Of a DNA stretch of 49,406 nt, positions 21,224 through 29,514 are shown in pieces (the first letter of the stretch is position 1; each line of letters begins with the position of its first letter). The stretch comes from an uncultured cyanobacterium. Lineage in GTDB: Bacteria; Cyanobacteriota; Cyanobacteriia; Leptolyngbyales; Leptolyngbyaceae. Under the pieces are notes generated by a model. That model did no database searches. It was not told the DNA's origin and worked only from the letters and a program-made list of their open reading frames with translations. Location of the stretch: the NCBI GenBank assembly GCA_963766075.1, contig CAVYAN010000120.1:1-49406 (forward strand), in the 5' to 3' direction. The position numbers and the translations under genes were made by a program.

Positions 21224-22108
21224 TCACGCCACTGCGGTTGGCACGCGGTGCGGCTGGGGCACCGCCAAGGATATTCGTTGATCCCCCGAATGTTCCACCA
21301 TAAACACGTTGGCATAGAGACTCGCGGTGATTTGCTGCCCCTGTTGCGTCAGCGACAGATAATGGAGCGCGTCTTTGACATAGGGATAAACGGCTTTCCA
21401 GTAAAACTGGGAATAGCTGGAGCGCAGATCGCCAGGATTCTGGTAGCCCAGGGCTTGGTTGACTCCGGTTTCAGCGAATTCGTAGAACAGGGCTGGGATC
21501 TTTTTGAGGTAGCGGGGATCGCTGAGTTGGCCGATCAGGTCAGCGGCCCGGATCAGGGCAGGATAGCTGAGGGTGTCTTGGTGATCGGTGGTGGCCGGGA
21601 CCGGGAAACGGGTGAGTTCCAGGTTGTGTTTGATGGTAGCCGTATTGATTAGGGCGTGGCCGCCAAAGCGTTCATCGATAAAGCATTTGCCGCGATCAAT
21701 GTGGTACGGGGTCAGACTGGCATCGGTAGCCCCGGCGGGCAGGGTGATTTGGCGATCGCCCACCCCCGTCGCACAGTTATTTTGGCGATCGCCCCGGCAC
21801 ACGCCCCGCACATAGCCAATATCATGGCAGACCAGGGAAATCATAAAATGCAGCCAGTCTTCTGGGGAGACACCGCCCTCGCGAATGTGCCGTCCCCGCA
21901 AAATTTCCTGCCCGACTAGGCTCACCAAAATCGTGTGCTCCACGTTGTGGTAGAGGGCATCGCTGTTGGCAATATTTTCCAGCGCCATGCTGCCCGCCCA
22001 GGCAATGATGTCGGCGTAGTCAATTTTATAGTTGCCGTGGGTGCGTTGGTATCCGGACTTGAGCTGGGTAACAAAGGCATCAATCAAGATTTCTGTGGCA
22101 TTAAACAT
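21224..22108 (-). CDS. Npun_R2479-like HD-domain metalloprotein
   Basis: DALYHNVEHT, CHDIGY, YHIDRG, AADLIGQL.DP.Y. Confidence 0.85.
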   Translation of the reverse strand: MFNATEILIDAFVTQLKSGYQRTHGNYKIDYADIIAWAGSMALENIANSDALYHNVEHTILVSLVGQEILRGRHIREGGVSPEDWLHFMISLVCHDIGYVRGVCRGDRQNNCATGVGDRQITLPAGATDASLTPYHIDRGKCFIDERFGGHALINTATIKHNLELTRFPVPATTDHQDTLSYPALIRAADLIGQLSDPRYLKKIPALFYEFAETGVNQALGYQNPGDLRSSYSQFYWKAVYPYVKDALHYLSLTQQGQQITASLYANVFMVEHSGDQRISLAVPQPHRVPTAVA

Positions 22109-22261
22109 CGTCGAAGCTCCAGGGGACCCTTTGGGGCGAAGTAGGTTGATGGGTTCACTATGCCGTGGTTTCTGAGACGGCGAAGTGATGGGGCGATCGC
22201 GGTCTGGTGATTGTCGGGGACAGCGGGTGTGATCTCAGCACCAGTCTACCAACCGCCAGAT

Positions 22262-22558
22262 TCATGAAAGCTCTGGGGACAGCGGGGCATCCAGGGTGAC
22301 AGCCTCTGCCTCCGGACTGGGCTGGCCCATGCGTTCGCCCAGGGATTTCCAACCCGCTTCCCACGTACTGCGGTTATTCAGGACCTTGGCATTCACCCAA
22401 AAGCGCACCTGGGAATCACAGGCAGCCACCATTTCCGCAAACACCCATTTGCCTTCATTCTTGCGATTGGCCACCTGAAAGTGCCGCCAGCCATCAATTT
22501 TTTGGCGCGCTGTCCATTTAGAACCGATCAGGTGAGGAAATTTTTGTTTCTGGGACAT
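22262..22558 (-). CDS. TIGR02450 family Trp-rich protein
   Basis: GSKWTA, WRHFQV, W.AGW; start at MSQKQK. Confidence 0.82.
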   Translation of the reverse strand: MSQKQKFPHLIGSKWTARQKIDGWRHFQVANRKNEGKWVFAEMVAACDSQVRFWVNAKVLNNRSTWEAGWKSLGERMGQPSPEAEAVTLDAPLSPELS

Positions 22559-22650
22559 GGAAGGGAAAGATAACGGGACGGCCTCGCGGTGTGTTGCGGA
22601 GACTAATTGACGGTAGCATGGACGCTGTAAATTCATTGGGGGAAGAGGGG

Positions 22651-23640
22651 ATGGACTGTTTTGCGCCGTTGATCGGTCAGCCCCAGGCCGTGGAATTATT
22701 GACCCAAGCCGATCGCCAAAATCGGATTGCCCCAGCTTATTTATTCGCTGGTCCCCCTGGCGTCGGGCGGGGGTTAGCGGCCCAATGTTTTCTAGAACGG
22801 CTTCTGTCTCCAGAGTCTGCTTACCCATCTGCCCACCCGTCCGCCCATGCGGGATCCGCCGCGTTACGCCACCGGATTCGCCAGCGCAATCACCCCGATC
22901 TGCTCTGGGTCGAGCCGACCTATCTCCATCAGGGCAAACGGTTGACGCCATTGGAAGCGGCAGAAGCTGGGGTGAAGCGCAAGTCGCCGCCGGTGATTCG
23001 GCTGGAGCAGGTGCGGGAGATTGCCCGGTTTTTGGCGCGATCGCCCCTGGAAGCCCCCCGCTCCGTGATCATCATCGAACAGGCCGAAACCATGGCCGAA
23101 GGGGCCGCCAATGGCTTGCTCAAAACCCTAGAAGAGCCGGGACAAGCCACCCTAATTTTGATCGCCCCTAGTCCAGAATCGCTGTTGCCAACCCTGGTAT
23201 CCCGCTGTCAGCGCATTCCCTTTGTGCGCTTGGGCACAGCGGCGATCGCCCAAATTCTCACCCAAACCGGGCAGGCAGAAATCCTCCAGCAGCCCCAGGT
23301 CTTGCAGCTTGCCCAGGGCAGTGTTGGTGACGCGATCGCCCATTGGCAGCAACTCCAAGCCATCCCCGCCGATTTGCTCGCTGCTATCAGCCAGCCCCCC
23401 CGCACCCTACGAGACGCCTTGAATTTAGCCCGCCAAATTGATAAAGCCCTCGAACCCGAAAGTCAACTCTGGTTGATTGGCTATTTGCAACAGGAATACT
23501 GGCGACAAACCTGTGCCGATTCCTCCCAAGCCCCCCAGGCGCAGACCCTCCAAATCTTAGAAAAAGCCCGTCAATACCTCAAGCAAAATGTCCAGCCCCG
23601 CTTAGTCTGGGAGGGTACTCTGCTGCGCATGGTCGGGTAG
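22651..23640 (+). CDS. holB: DNA polymerase III subunit delta'
   Basis: AYLFAGPPGVG, HPDLLWVEP, AANGLLKTLEEP, LPTLVSRCQ. Confidence 0.93.
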   Translation: MDCFAPLIGQPQAVELLTQADRQNRIAPAYLFAGPPGVGRGLAAQCFLERLLSPESAYPSAHPSAHAGSAALRHRIRQRNHPDLLWVEPTYLHQGKRLTPLEAAEAGVKRKSPPVIRLEQVREIARFLARSPLEAPRSVIIIEQAETMAEGAANGLLKTLEEPGQATLILIAPSPESLLPTLVSRCQRIPFVRLGTAAIAQILTQTGQAEILQQPQVLQLAQGSVGDAIAHWQQLQAIPADLLAAISQPPRTLRDALNLARQIDKALEPESQLWLIGYLQQEYWRQTCADSSQAPQAQTLQILEKARQYLKQNVQPRLVWEGTLLRMVG

Positions 23641-23859
23641 GCGATCGCCATTTCCCCCTGCACCCCGATTCCAGCAGCGCTAAGATGTTAATTATCGTAA
23701 ACCAACTCAAGATCACTCCCTCTGCTCCGTTCCCCCGACCCACCTTAGCCCCCGACCCCCGACCCACCCCTCACCGAGGTTGCGACTGCATTAGCAGCCC
23801 AAAATTCTCTGGCATCGTGGCACAAAGCGCTATCCAAAACCCCAACTCGACCCAGCCCC

Positions 23860-25020
23860 ATGTTCGCTATTCCCCTTGCTTGGCTTCAACTGAAACGCGA
23901 AAAAATTCGCCTCCTCATTGCCCTAGCGGGCATTGGCTTTGCAGTGATTCTCATGTTTATCCAGATGGGGTTTCAGGATGCCCTGTTCGATAGCGCGATT
24001 CGGATGCATCAAAACCTGAAAGGCGACATTTTCATGGTCAGCCCGCAGTCCACCGCCCTGATTGCCATGAAATCGTTCTCCCAGCGCCGACTGTATCAAG
24101 CCCTTGGCTATGAGGGCGTGCAAGCCATTAGCCCGATTTATCTTGACTTTGGCCTCTGGAAAAATCCCGAAAACCGCCGCACTCGGGGCATCCTTGTCAT
24201 CGGATTTGACCCCAAGGTGCCCATTTTTGACCTGCCCGGTGTTGTACAAAACCTCGACAAAATTCAACTGAGCGACGTCGTTCTGTTTGACGATAAGTCC
24301 CGCGCCGAATTCGGTCCCATTCCCAAACTATTTCAGGAAGGCAACCCCGTCATCACTGAAGTCGGTGGCCGCAAAGTCACTGTGGGGGGTTTGTTTGAAA
24401 TGGGCGCATCCTTTGGAGCCGATGGCAACTTAGTGACCAGTGACTTGAACTTTTTGCGGATTTTTGAACGGCGCAAACAAGGGATTATTGACATCGGGGC
24501 TATCCAACTGAAGCCGGGAACCGATATGCCAGCGGTGCTTGCCAAAATGCGCCACGAGATTCAAGACGTTTATGGCGATGTCAAAATTCTATCTAAACAG
24601 GAATTGATCGCCTTTGAGCAGGACTATTGGAAAAGCAGCACGGCGATCGGCTTTATTTTTACCCTCGGCACCGTGATCGGCTTTGTCGTGGGTATTGTGA
24701 TTGTTTACCAAATTTTGTACACCGACGTCACCGATCACCTCGCAGAATATGCCACCCTCAAGGCCATGGGCTATCGCAATGTCTATCTGCTTTCCGTGGT
24801 GTTTCAAGAAGCCCTCATCTTGTCCATCATGGGCTATATCCCCGGTTACCTGCTAGCCCAGGGGCTGTATACCCTCACGCGTAATGCTACGTCCTTACCC
24901 ATTGCCATGACCCAGCAGCGTGGCATTACGGTCCTTTGTCTCTCCATCACCATGTGCGTCATTTCCGGCGCGGTGGCCGTCCGTAAAGTCCAAGACGCCG
25001 ATCCCGCAGATATTTTTTAG
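23860..25020 (+). CDS. devC: DevC-family ABC exporter permease
   Basis: LAWLQL, GIGFAVILMF.Q.GF, VYQILYTDV.DHLAEYATLKAMG, DPADIF. Confidence 0.9.
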   Translation: MFAIPLAWLQLKREKIRLLIALAGIGFAVILMFIQMGFQDALFDSAIRMHQNLKGDIFMVSPQSTALIAMKSFSQRRLYQALGYEGVQAISPIYLDFGLWKNPENRRTRGILVIGFDPKVPIFDLPGVVQNLDKIQLSDVVLFDDKSRAEFGPIPKLFQEGNPVITEVGGRKVTVGGLFEMGASFGADGNLVTSDLNFLRIFERRKQGIIDIGAIQLKPGTDMPAVLAKMRHEIQDVYGDVKILSKQELIAFEQDYWKSSTAIGFIFTLGTVIGFVVGIVIVYQILYTDVTDHLAEYATLKAMGYRNVYLLSVVFQEALILSIMGYIPGYLLAQGLYTLTRNATSLPIAMTQQRGITVLCLSITMCVISGAVAVRKVQDADPADIF

Positions 25021-25054
25021 TTTTGAACGTTTAATTTTGAATTGAGCCCTCGCC

Positions 25055-25750
25055 ATGTCTTCCCCCATTATCGCGATTAATCAGGTTAGCCACTATTTCG
25101 GCAGTGGGCGGCTGCGCAAACAGGTTCTGTTTGACATCAATGCTGAAATTCAATCCGGTGAGATTGTGATTATGACCGGACCTTCGGGCTCCGGCAAGAC
25201 CACCCTCCTCACGTTGATTGGGGCCTTGCGATCGACCCAAGAGGGCAGCATGACGGTCCTGGGGCATCAATTGCAGGATGCGCCGAATTCCTTGTTAAAC
25301 CAAGTCCGCCGCAGTATTGGCTACATCTTCCAGGCACACAATCTGCTCAATGCCTTAACGGCGCGCCAGAATGTGCAAATGTCCCTAGAGTTGCATGGCC
25401 ACTTGTCTGACCAGCAACGCCGCCACCAAGCCGAAGAAATGCTAGAGGCGGTGGGACTCAGGGATTGGGCGAATTATTATCCCCATGAGCTATCCGGTGG
25501 CCAGAAGCAGCGGGTGGCGATCGCCCGTGCCCTCGCCAGCCACCCCAAAATTGTCCTCGCGGACGAACCCACCGCCGCCCTCGACAAAAAGTCTGGACGC
25601 GATGTGGTCGAAATTATGCAAAGACTGGCCCAGCAGCAAGGCTCCGCGATTCTACTCGTCACCCACGACAACCGAATTCTAGATGTTGCCGATCGCCTAA
25701 TCCACATGGAAGATGGGGAATTATCTTCTTTAGCGATGTCCCCCACTTGA
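25055..25750 (+). CDS. devA: DevA-family ABC exporter ATP-binding protein
   Basis: [33 protein letters not shown]. Confidence 0.9.
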   Translation: MSSPIIAINQVSHYFGSGRLRKQVLFDINAEIQSGEIVIMTGPSGSGKTTLLTLIGALRSTQEGSMTVLGHQLQDAPNSLLNQVRRSIGYIFQAHNLLNALTARQNVQMSLELHGHLSDQQRRHQAEEMLEAVGLRDWANYYPHELSGGQKQRVAIARALASHPKIVLADEPTAALDKKSGRDVVEIMQRLAQQQGSAILLVTHDNRILDVADRLIHMEDGELSSLAMSPT

Positions 25751-26293
25751 ACCAATCCATCGAGGCAATCCGAGAATTGAATCGCGCCACTAGTTCAAGT
25801 GCGTGACATTCAGCCATTCAAAAGCGATTGCAATCACAGCATTCTGATGATCTTGATCACAAACGGTCCATTAGTGATCAAAAACTCCCCGAACGGGGCA
25901 TACTTTGCTCCATAGGATTGCGCTCTAATCAAAGGGAAGCGTGAAACTATTCCTGATGAAATTTACAGCGTTCCTTTTATCTCAGTAATTTCCCCGAGTC
26001 CTTTTTTAGAGAGGCTTTTCAGGCTTGCCACGATTAAATTTCAGAAAATTATGAGGAGGACCTCTCAACATTTTTGTCAGAACTTTTTACTTTTTTCCCT
26101 GAAACTTTACGGAACTCTTGGCTCCGGTTTGTATCTTGATAATAGACACCTCCGATTTGCATATCAAGGTAATAATCACCCATCAGAAATCGGAGTTTTG
26201 ACTAAACAATTTGGCTTTAGCAAGCTGAATTACAGTTGACAACTCAGTTCCCACACGGTCATTTTCCATTTGCGAAACCTTCGGGAGAACACT

Positions 26294-26614
26294 ATGTCTA
26301 ACGCTAACTTTGTTCTGGGTGGTACCCCAAGTACTCACTCCACCCCTACACGACTTGCTCGCCTCAGTACTGTGGCGTTAGCCCCCCTGCGCCAATGGCT
26401 CGATACCCTCGAAATTACCCATCGGCAGTTGGCCTGGTTCCTCTACAAAGCCATTCCTGGGCAATGTCCGTTTGAGCGCGACATCGTCTTGTTTGGACAT
26501 AAGGTCCTCCATATCCCCCCGCTGTGTAAGCTCAATCCCCTCTACGAACAGCTCGTGGGGTTGCGATTTCGGGCGATGTGTTACTTGGTGGATGGTTGTG
26601 GTGAAGCCCTCTAA
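26294..26614 (+). CDS. 'Mo-dependent nitrogenase C-terminal' domain protein (family name only; not a nitrogenase)
   Basis: IP.QCPFERDI, IPPLCKLNPLYEQL..LRFRA.CYL...CGE; GGAG RBS before ATG 26294. Confidence 0.85.
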   Translation: MSNANFVLGGTPSTHSTPTRLARLSTVALAPLRQWLDTLEITHRQLAWFLYKAIPGQCPFERDIVLFGHKVLHIPPLCKLNPLYEQLVGLRFRAMCYLVDGCGEAL

Positions 26615-26716
26615 TCGACTTTTAGATTGATTTTGCCGATGAACACGCCACGATCCGGGCTCAGTCCCGCCGCGTTTTTGTGCCGATTTCACTCTCCTTT
26701 CTCCTACAATCTCCTA

Positions 26717-26744
26717 AGGACAGGCCATAGCCTGTCTTTTTTTT
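26717..26744 (+). terminator. intrinsic terminator
   Basis: GACAGGC-CATA-GCCTGTC stem-loop followed by T8. Confidence 0.85.
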
Positions 26745-26927
26745 GAGCATTAATTTTGAGCATCAAATTTTGGCAGGACTCTGGGGCTAATGCTGTGCGT
26801 TGCTGTGGGCTGTCTCAGGGCAATGCGATCGCACGATATTCCAGGAGGTGGGCGATCGGCCCAAAAATTGCCGAAAATTCCTGGCACGTTTCCCCACAAG
26901 CTGTTAATATACAAAACGTAAGCGCGT

Positions 26928-26999
26928 TGGGACGTCGCCAAGCGGTAAGGCAGCGGGTTTTGGTCCCGCCATTCCTAGGTTCGAATCCTAGCGTCCCAG
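26928..26999 (+). tRNA. trnQ: tRNA-Gln(TTG), CCA not encoded
   Basis: TGGGACG/CGTCCCA acceptor stem, GCGGG-TT-TTG-GT-CCCGC anticodon arm, GGTTCGAATCC T-arm. Confidence 0.97.
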
Positions 27000-27144
27000 T
27001 TTATTCTTCACCGAATTTGTCTTCCCAGCTGTTAGTGAATTGTTTGTTCTGAACCGCTGACTCTCGAAGGCCAACGTTTTTAAGCTCCTTGTCAGTATTG
27101 TGTAGGGCGACTTTCCTGATTAGAGACTTACAAATAAAAAATCA

Positions 27145-27330
27145 TCCCCGGAGGTTGGGTCACCCTGCGGGAATCAAGCTGAGACTACACTCAACCCGCG
27201 ATGGCTGACGGTTGAGCGCAGTCGAAACCTGGTTCCCGGACAGTTTATTCTCATGGAAGTCCCTTATCTTCATTAAAAGGGCACGGGTCTGACAGATGCC
27301 TTGGGATACATGCCAGAAAGGAGCGAACTG
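27145..27330 (-). ncRNA. ssrS: structured ncRNA, probably 6S RNA (boundaries approximate)
   Basis: Long rod hairpin 27168-27238 whose four A.C mismatches on + become G.U pairs on -. About 185 nt of ORF-free space. GGTTTCGACTGC and TGCCCTTTTAAT segments recall cyanobacterial 6S RNAs (from memory). Confidence 0.55.
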
Positions 27331-27720
27331 TCGAAGGGGTGCAGCCATGCTGGATCGCAGTTACATTGGGCTAAAACTGCTCTGGTAAAGTGGCACAAGG
27401 TGCAACCAAAAATTAAACATGCGAAATTAGAAATTAGAACAGCCAGGTGTGCATTGCTGGAGCGGGTTGATTGCGGGGGGGATAGTTTGACTGGGCTACG
27501 CTAGGGGTAGTGGATAACTCTGGATTTGTGAGGTTTTTTCATTTATTCCTGAAAAGTGGCTCTGTCGGTTGTAGATCTAAAATCAGATCCCAGTCACCTG
27601 ATATTTCAGGACGCCCTGACAGCAGTGGACAGGACCTTTTTCAGTAGCGCGTTCGTCCAATCAATTACGCCTTTTGCAGGTTTAATTTTGCATTTCAATC
27701 TAGCACAGCGTTACTAGTTC

Positions 27721-29340
27721 ATGACTATTGCCCAATTTCTTCGACGGCCATTGTTTCGCCAGATTGCCCGATGGCGATGGATTGCTAAGTTGCAGCGGCT
27801 TGCCCAGGTTCAGTGGAGGCTAGGGCTGACTTGCCGTCAGGGAAATAGGTGGCATTGGAACTGGGTTCACTGGTGTGTTCTTTTAGGGGGCGTTGCCTAT
27901 TTGAGTGCCGCCTGCCATTGGCAAACCAATGCGAGCGTGGTACCTGAATCTGGGGGAGCGGCACACAGTGCCGTTGCTGAATCAGTCCCCAGTCCGGTTG
28001 CACCGAGCAGCGGCGGTCTGCCCCCCGGCGGTCTGGCCCCTGGCGATCTGGCGAATAGTAGTCCGGCGAATAGTAGTCCGGCCAATGGCGGTCTGGCGAG
28101 CGGGCAGATGACTCCAGCAGCGCCCGTGTCCCAGAGCCTGACGATTCAGCCGCCTTTGTCCACGCGGGGGCGGCAGATTGTGGACGCGCGCGGACAGGTT
28201 GTTCTATTACGCGGTGTGAACTGGTTTGGCATAGAGACTGAGTTGCAGGTGCCCCATGGTCTCTGGATGCGCGATTACAAGCAGATGTTGGCGCAGATTA
28301 AGGGCCTAGGCTATAACGTGATTCGGCTGCCGTATTCGGTGCAGGCGCTGCGGGCAAATTCCATTACTGGAGTCGATTTTAAGATTGGCAGCAATCGTGA
28401 CTTTGAGGGGAAGTCGCCTTTGGCCGTGATGGATGGGATTATCCAGGAGGCGCAACGCCAGGGGTTGATGGTGCTGCTGGATAGTCATCGCCTGAATAAT
28501 CAGCGGATTCCCGAGCTGTGGTATGGCGATGGATTCACGGAAGCGGACTGGATCGATACCTGGAAGTTGCTGGCAAAGCGCTATCGCAATCAGCCGAATG
28601 TGATTGGGGCGGACCTGAAAAATGAGCCTCACGGGCGAGCCAGTTGGGGCACGGGCGATCGCGCAACGGATTGGCGCTTGGCGGCGGAGCGGGCGGGGAA
28701 TGCCATTCTGGCGGTGAATCCAGACTGGCTGATTGTGGTGGAAGGGGTGGAAAGGAATGTGCCAGGGCAAAAGCTGAAGGTGCACTGGCAGGGAGGGAAT
28801 CTGGAAGGAGTCGCTCGGTTTCCGGTGCGCCTCAATAATCCGCGTAAATTGATTTATTCTCCTCATGAGTATGGTCCAGGTGTGTTTCAGCAAACGTGGT
28901 TTCAGGACAAAGAGTTTCCGCAGAATTTGCGCGATCGCTGGGAAATTGGCTGGCACTATATTTCTACCCGGAACATTGCCCCCATCTACATCGGTGAATT
29001 TGGTGGCCGCCAAGTTGATCAGACCACCCCGGAGGGCACTTGGCAGAGACAACTGGTGCAATTTATCAACAGTCAGAAGCTGAGTTTCACCTATTGGAGT
29101 TGGAATCCTAACAGTGACGATACTGGCGGCATCCTGCAAGATGATTGGAAATCGATCGATCAACCGAAGCAAACGCTCCTGAACTCACTGTTGCCTGTAT
29201 CCAGCCTGCGGCCTGGGAATCCCTTGCCCTTGGTGTCTGGCCATTCATTTACCCAGTCACGGGTGCCGGTGTCCGCCCAGCTACTGGTACCCTCGCGGGT
29301 TTACGGTCCGGTTTACGGTCCGGACAAGGCCCCGAATTAA
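27721..29340 (+). CDS. glycoside hydrolase family 5 endoglucanase (possible lipoprotein)
   Basis: GVNWFGIE, YNVIRLPY, DLKNEPH (acid/base), YSPHEY, IGEFGG (nucleophile), WSWNPNSDDTGG; LSAAC lipobox-like motif. Confidence 0.9.
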   Translation: MTIAQFLRRPLFRQIARWRWIAKLQRLAQVQWRLGLTCRQGNRWHWNWVHWCVLLGGVAYLSAACHWQTNASVVPESGGAAHSAVAESVPSPVAPSSGGLPPGGLAPGDLANSSPANSSPANGGLASGQMTPAAPVSQSLTIQPPLSTRGRQIVDARGQVVLLRGVNWFGIETELQVPHGLWMRDYKQMLAQIKGLGYNVIRLPYSVQALRANSITGVDFKIGSNRDFEGKSPLAVMDGIIQEAQRQGLMVLLDSHRLNNQRIPELWYGDGFTEADWIDTWKLLAKRYRNQPNVIGADLKNEPHGRASWGTGDRATDWRLAAERAGNAILAVNPDWLIVVEGVERNVPGQKLKVHWQGGNLEGVARFPVRLNNPRKLIYSPHEYGPGVFQQTWFQDKEFPQNLRDRWEIGWHYISTRNIAPIYIGEFGGRQVDQTTPEGTWQRQLVQFINSQKLSFTYWSWNPNSDDTGGILQDDWKSIDQPKQTLLNSLLPVSSLRPGNPLPLVSGHSFTQSRVPVSAQLLVPSRVYGPVYGPDKAPN

Positions 29341-29514
29341 CCGCAGGGTTTCGGTAGGCAACTTGACAATTTAGGGAACTCTCATAAATAAGCTACGGAA
29401 CTTCTTATCCAAAGTCTGTAGAATCCGGGATATAACTTGGGAAAATCGGGAAAATCTGCTTGAATGCCTTCTATCGTGCTTGCACTCATCCCTTGGGCTT
29501 AAGGAACTTTGATC

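Noticed and set aside
22559..22951. Long N-terminal extension of the TIGR02450 ORF
   Set aside because: Antisense shadow of holB; the family motif begins at MSQKQK
26294..26614. Nitrogen fixation gene
   Set aside because: The domain name is historical; no nif genes or nitrogenase motifs are present
27175..27232. Hammerhead ribozyme or TPP riboswitch (CTGAGA...GAAAC)
   Set aside because: The core lacks the CUGANGA spacing and three-stem junction, TPP motifs are absent, and pairing favours the minus strand
26928..27720. Integrative element at tRNA-Gln
   Set aside because: No integrase and no duplicated tRNA 3' end seen in the window
28306..29172. Long antisense ORFs (288 aa here; also 3270-3989, 35329-35919, 47291-47887)
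   Set aside because: Shadows of well-supported genes on the opposite strand, with no motifs of their own
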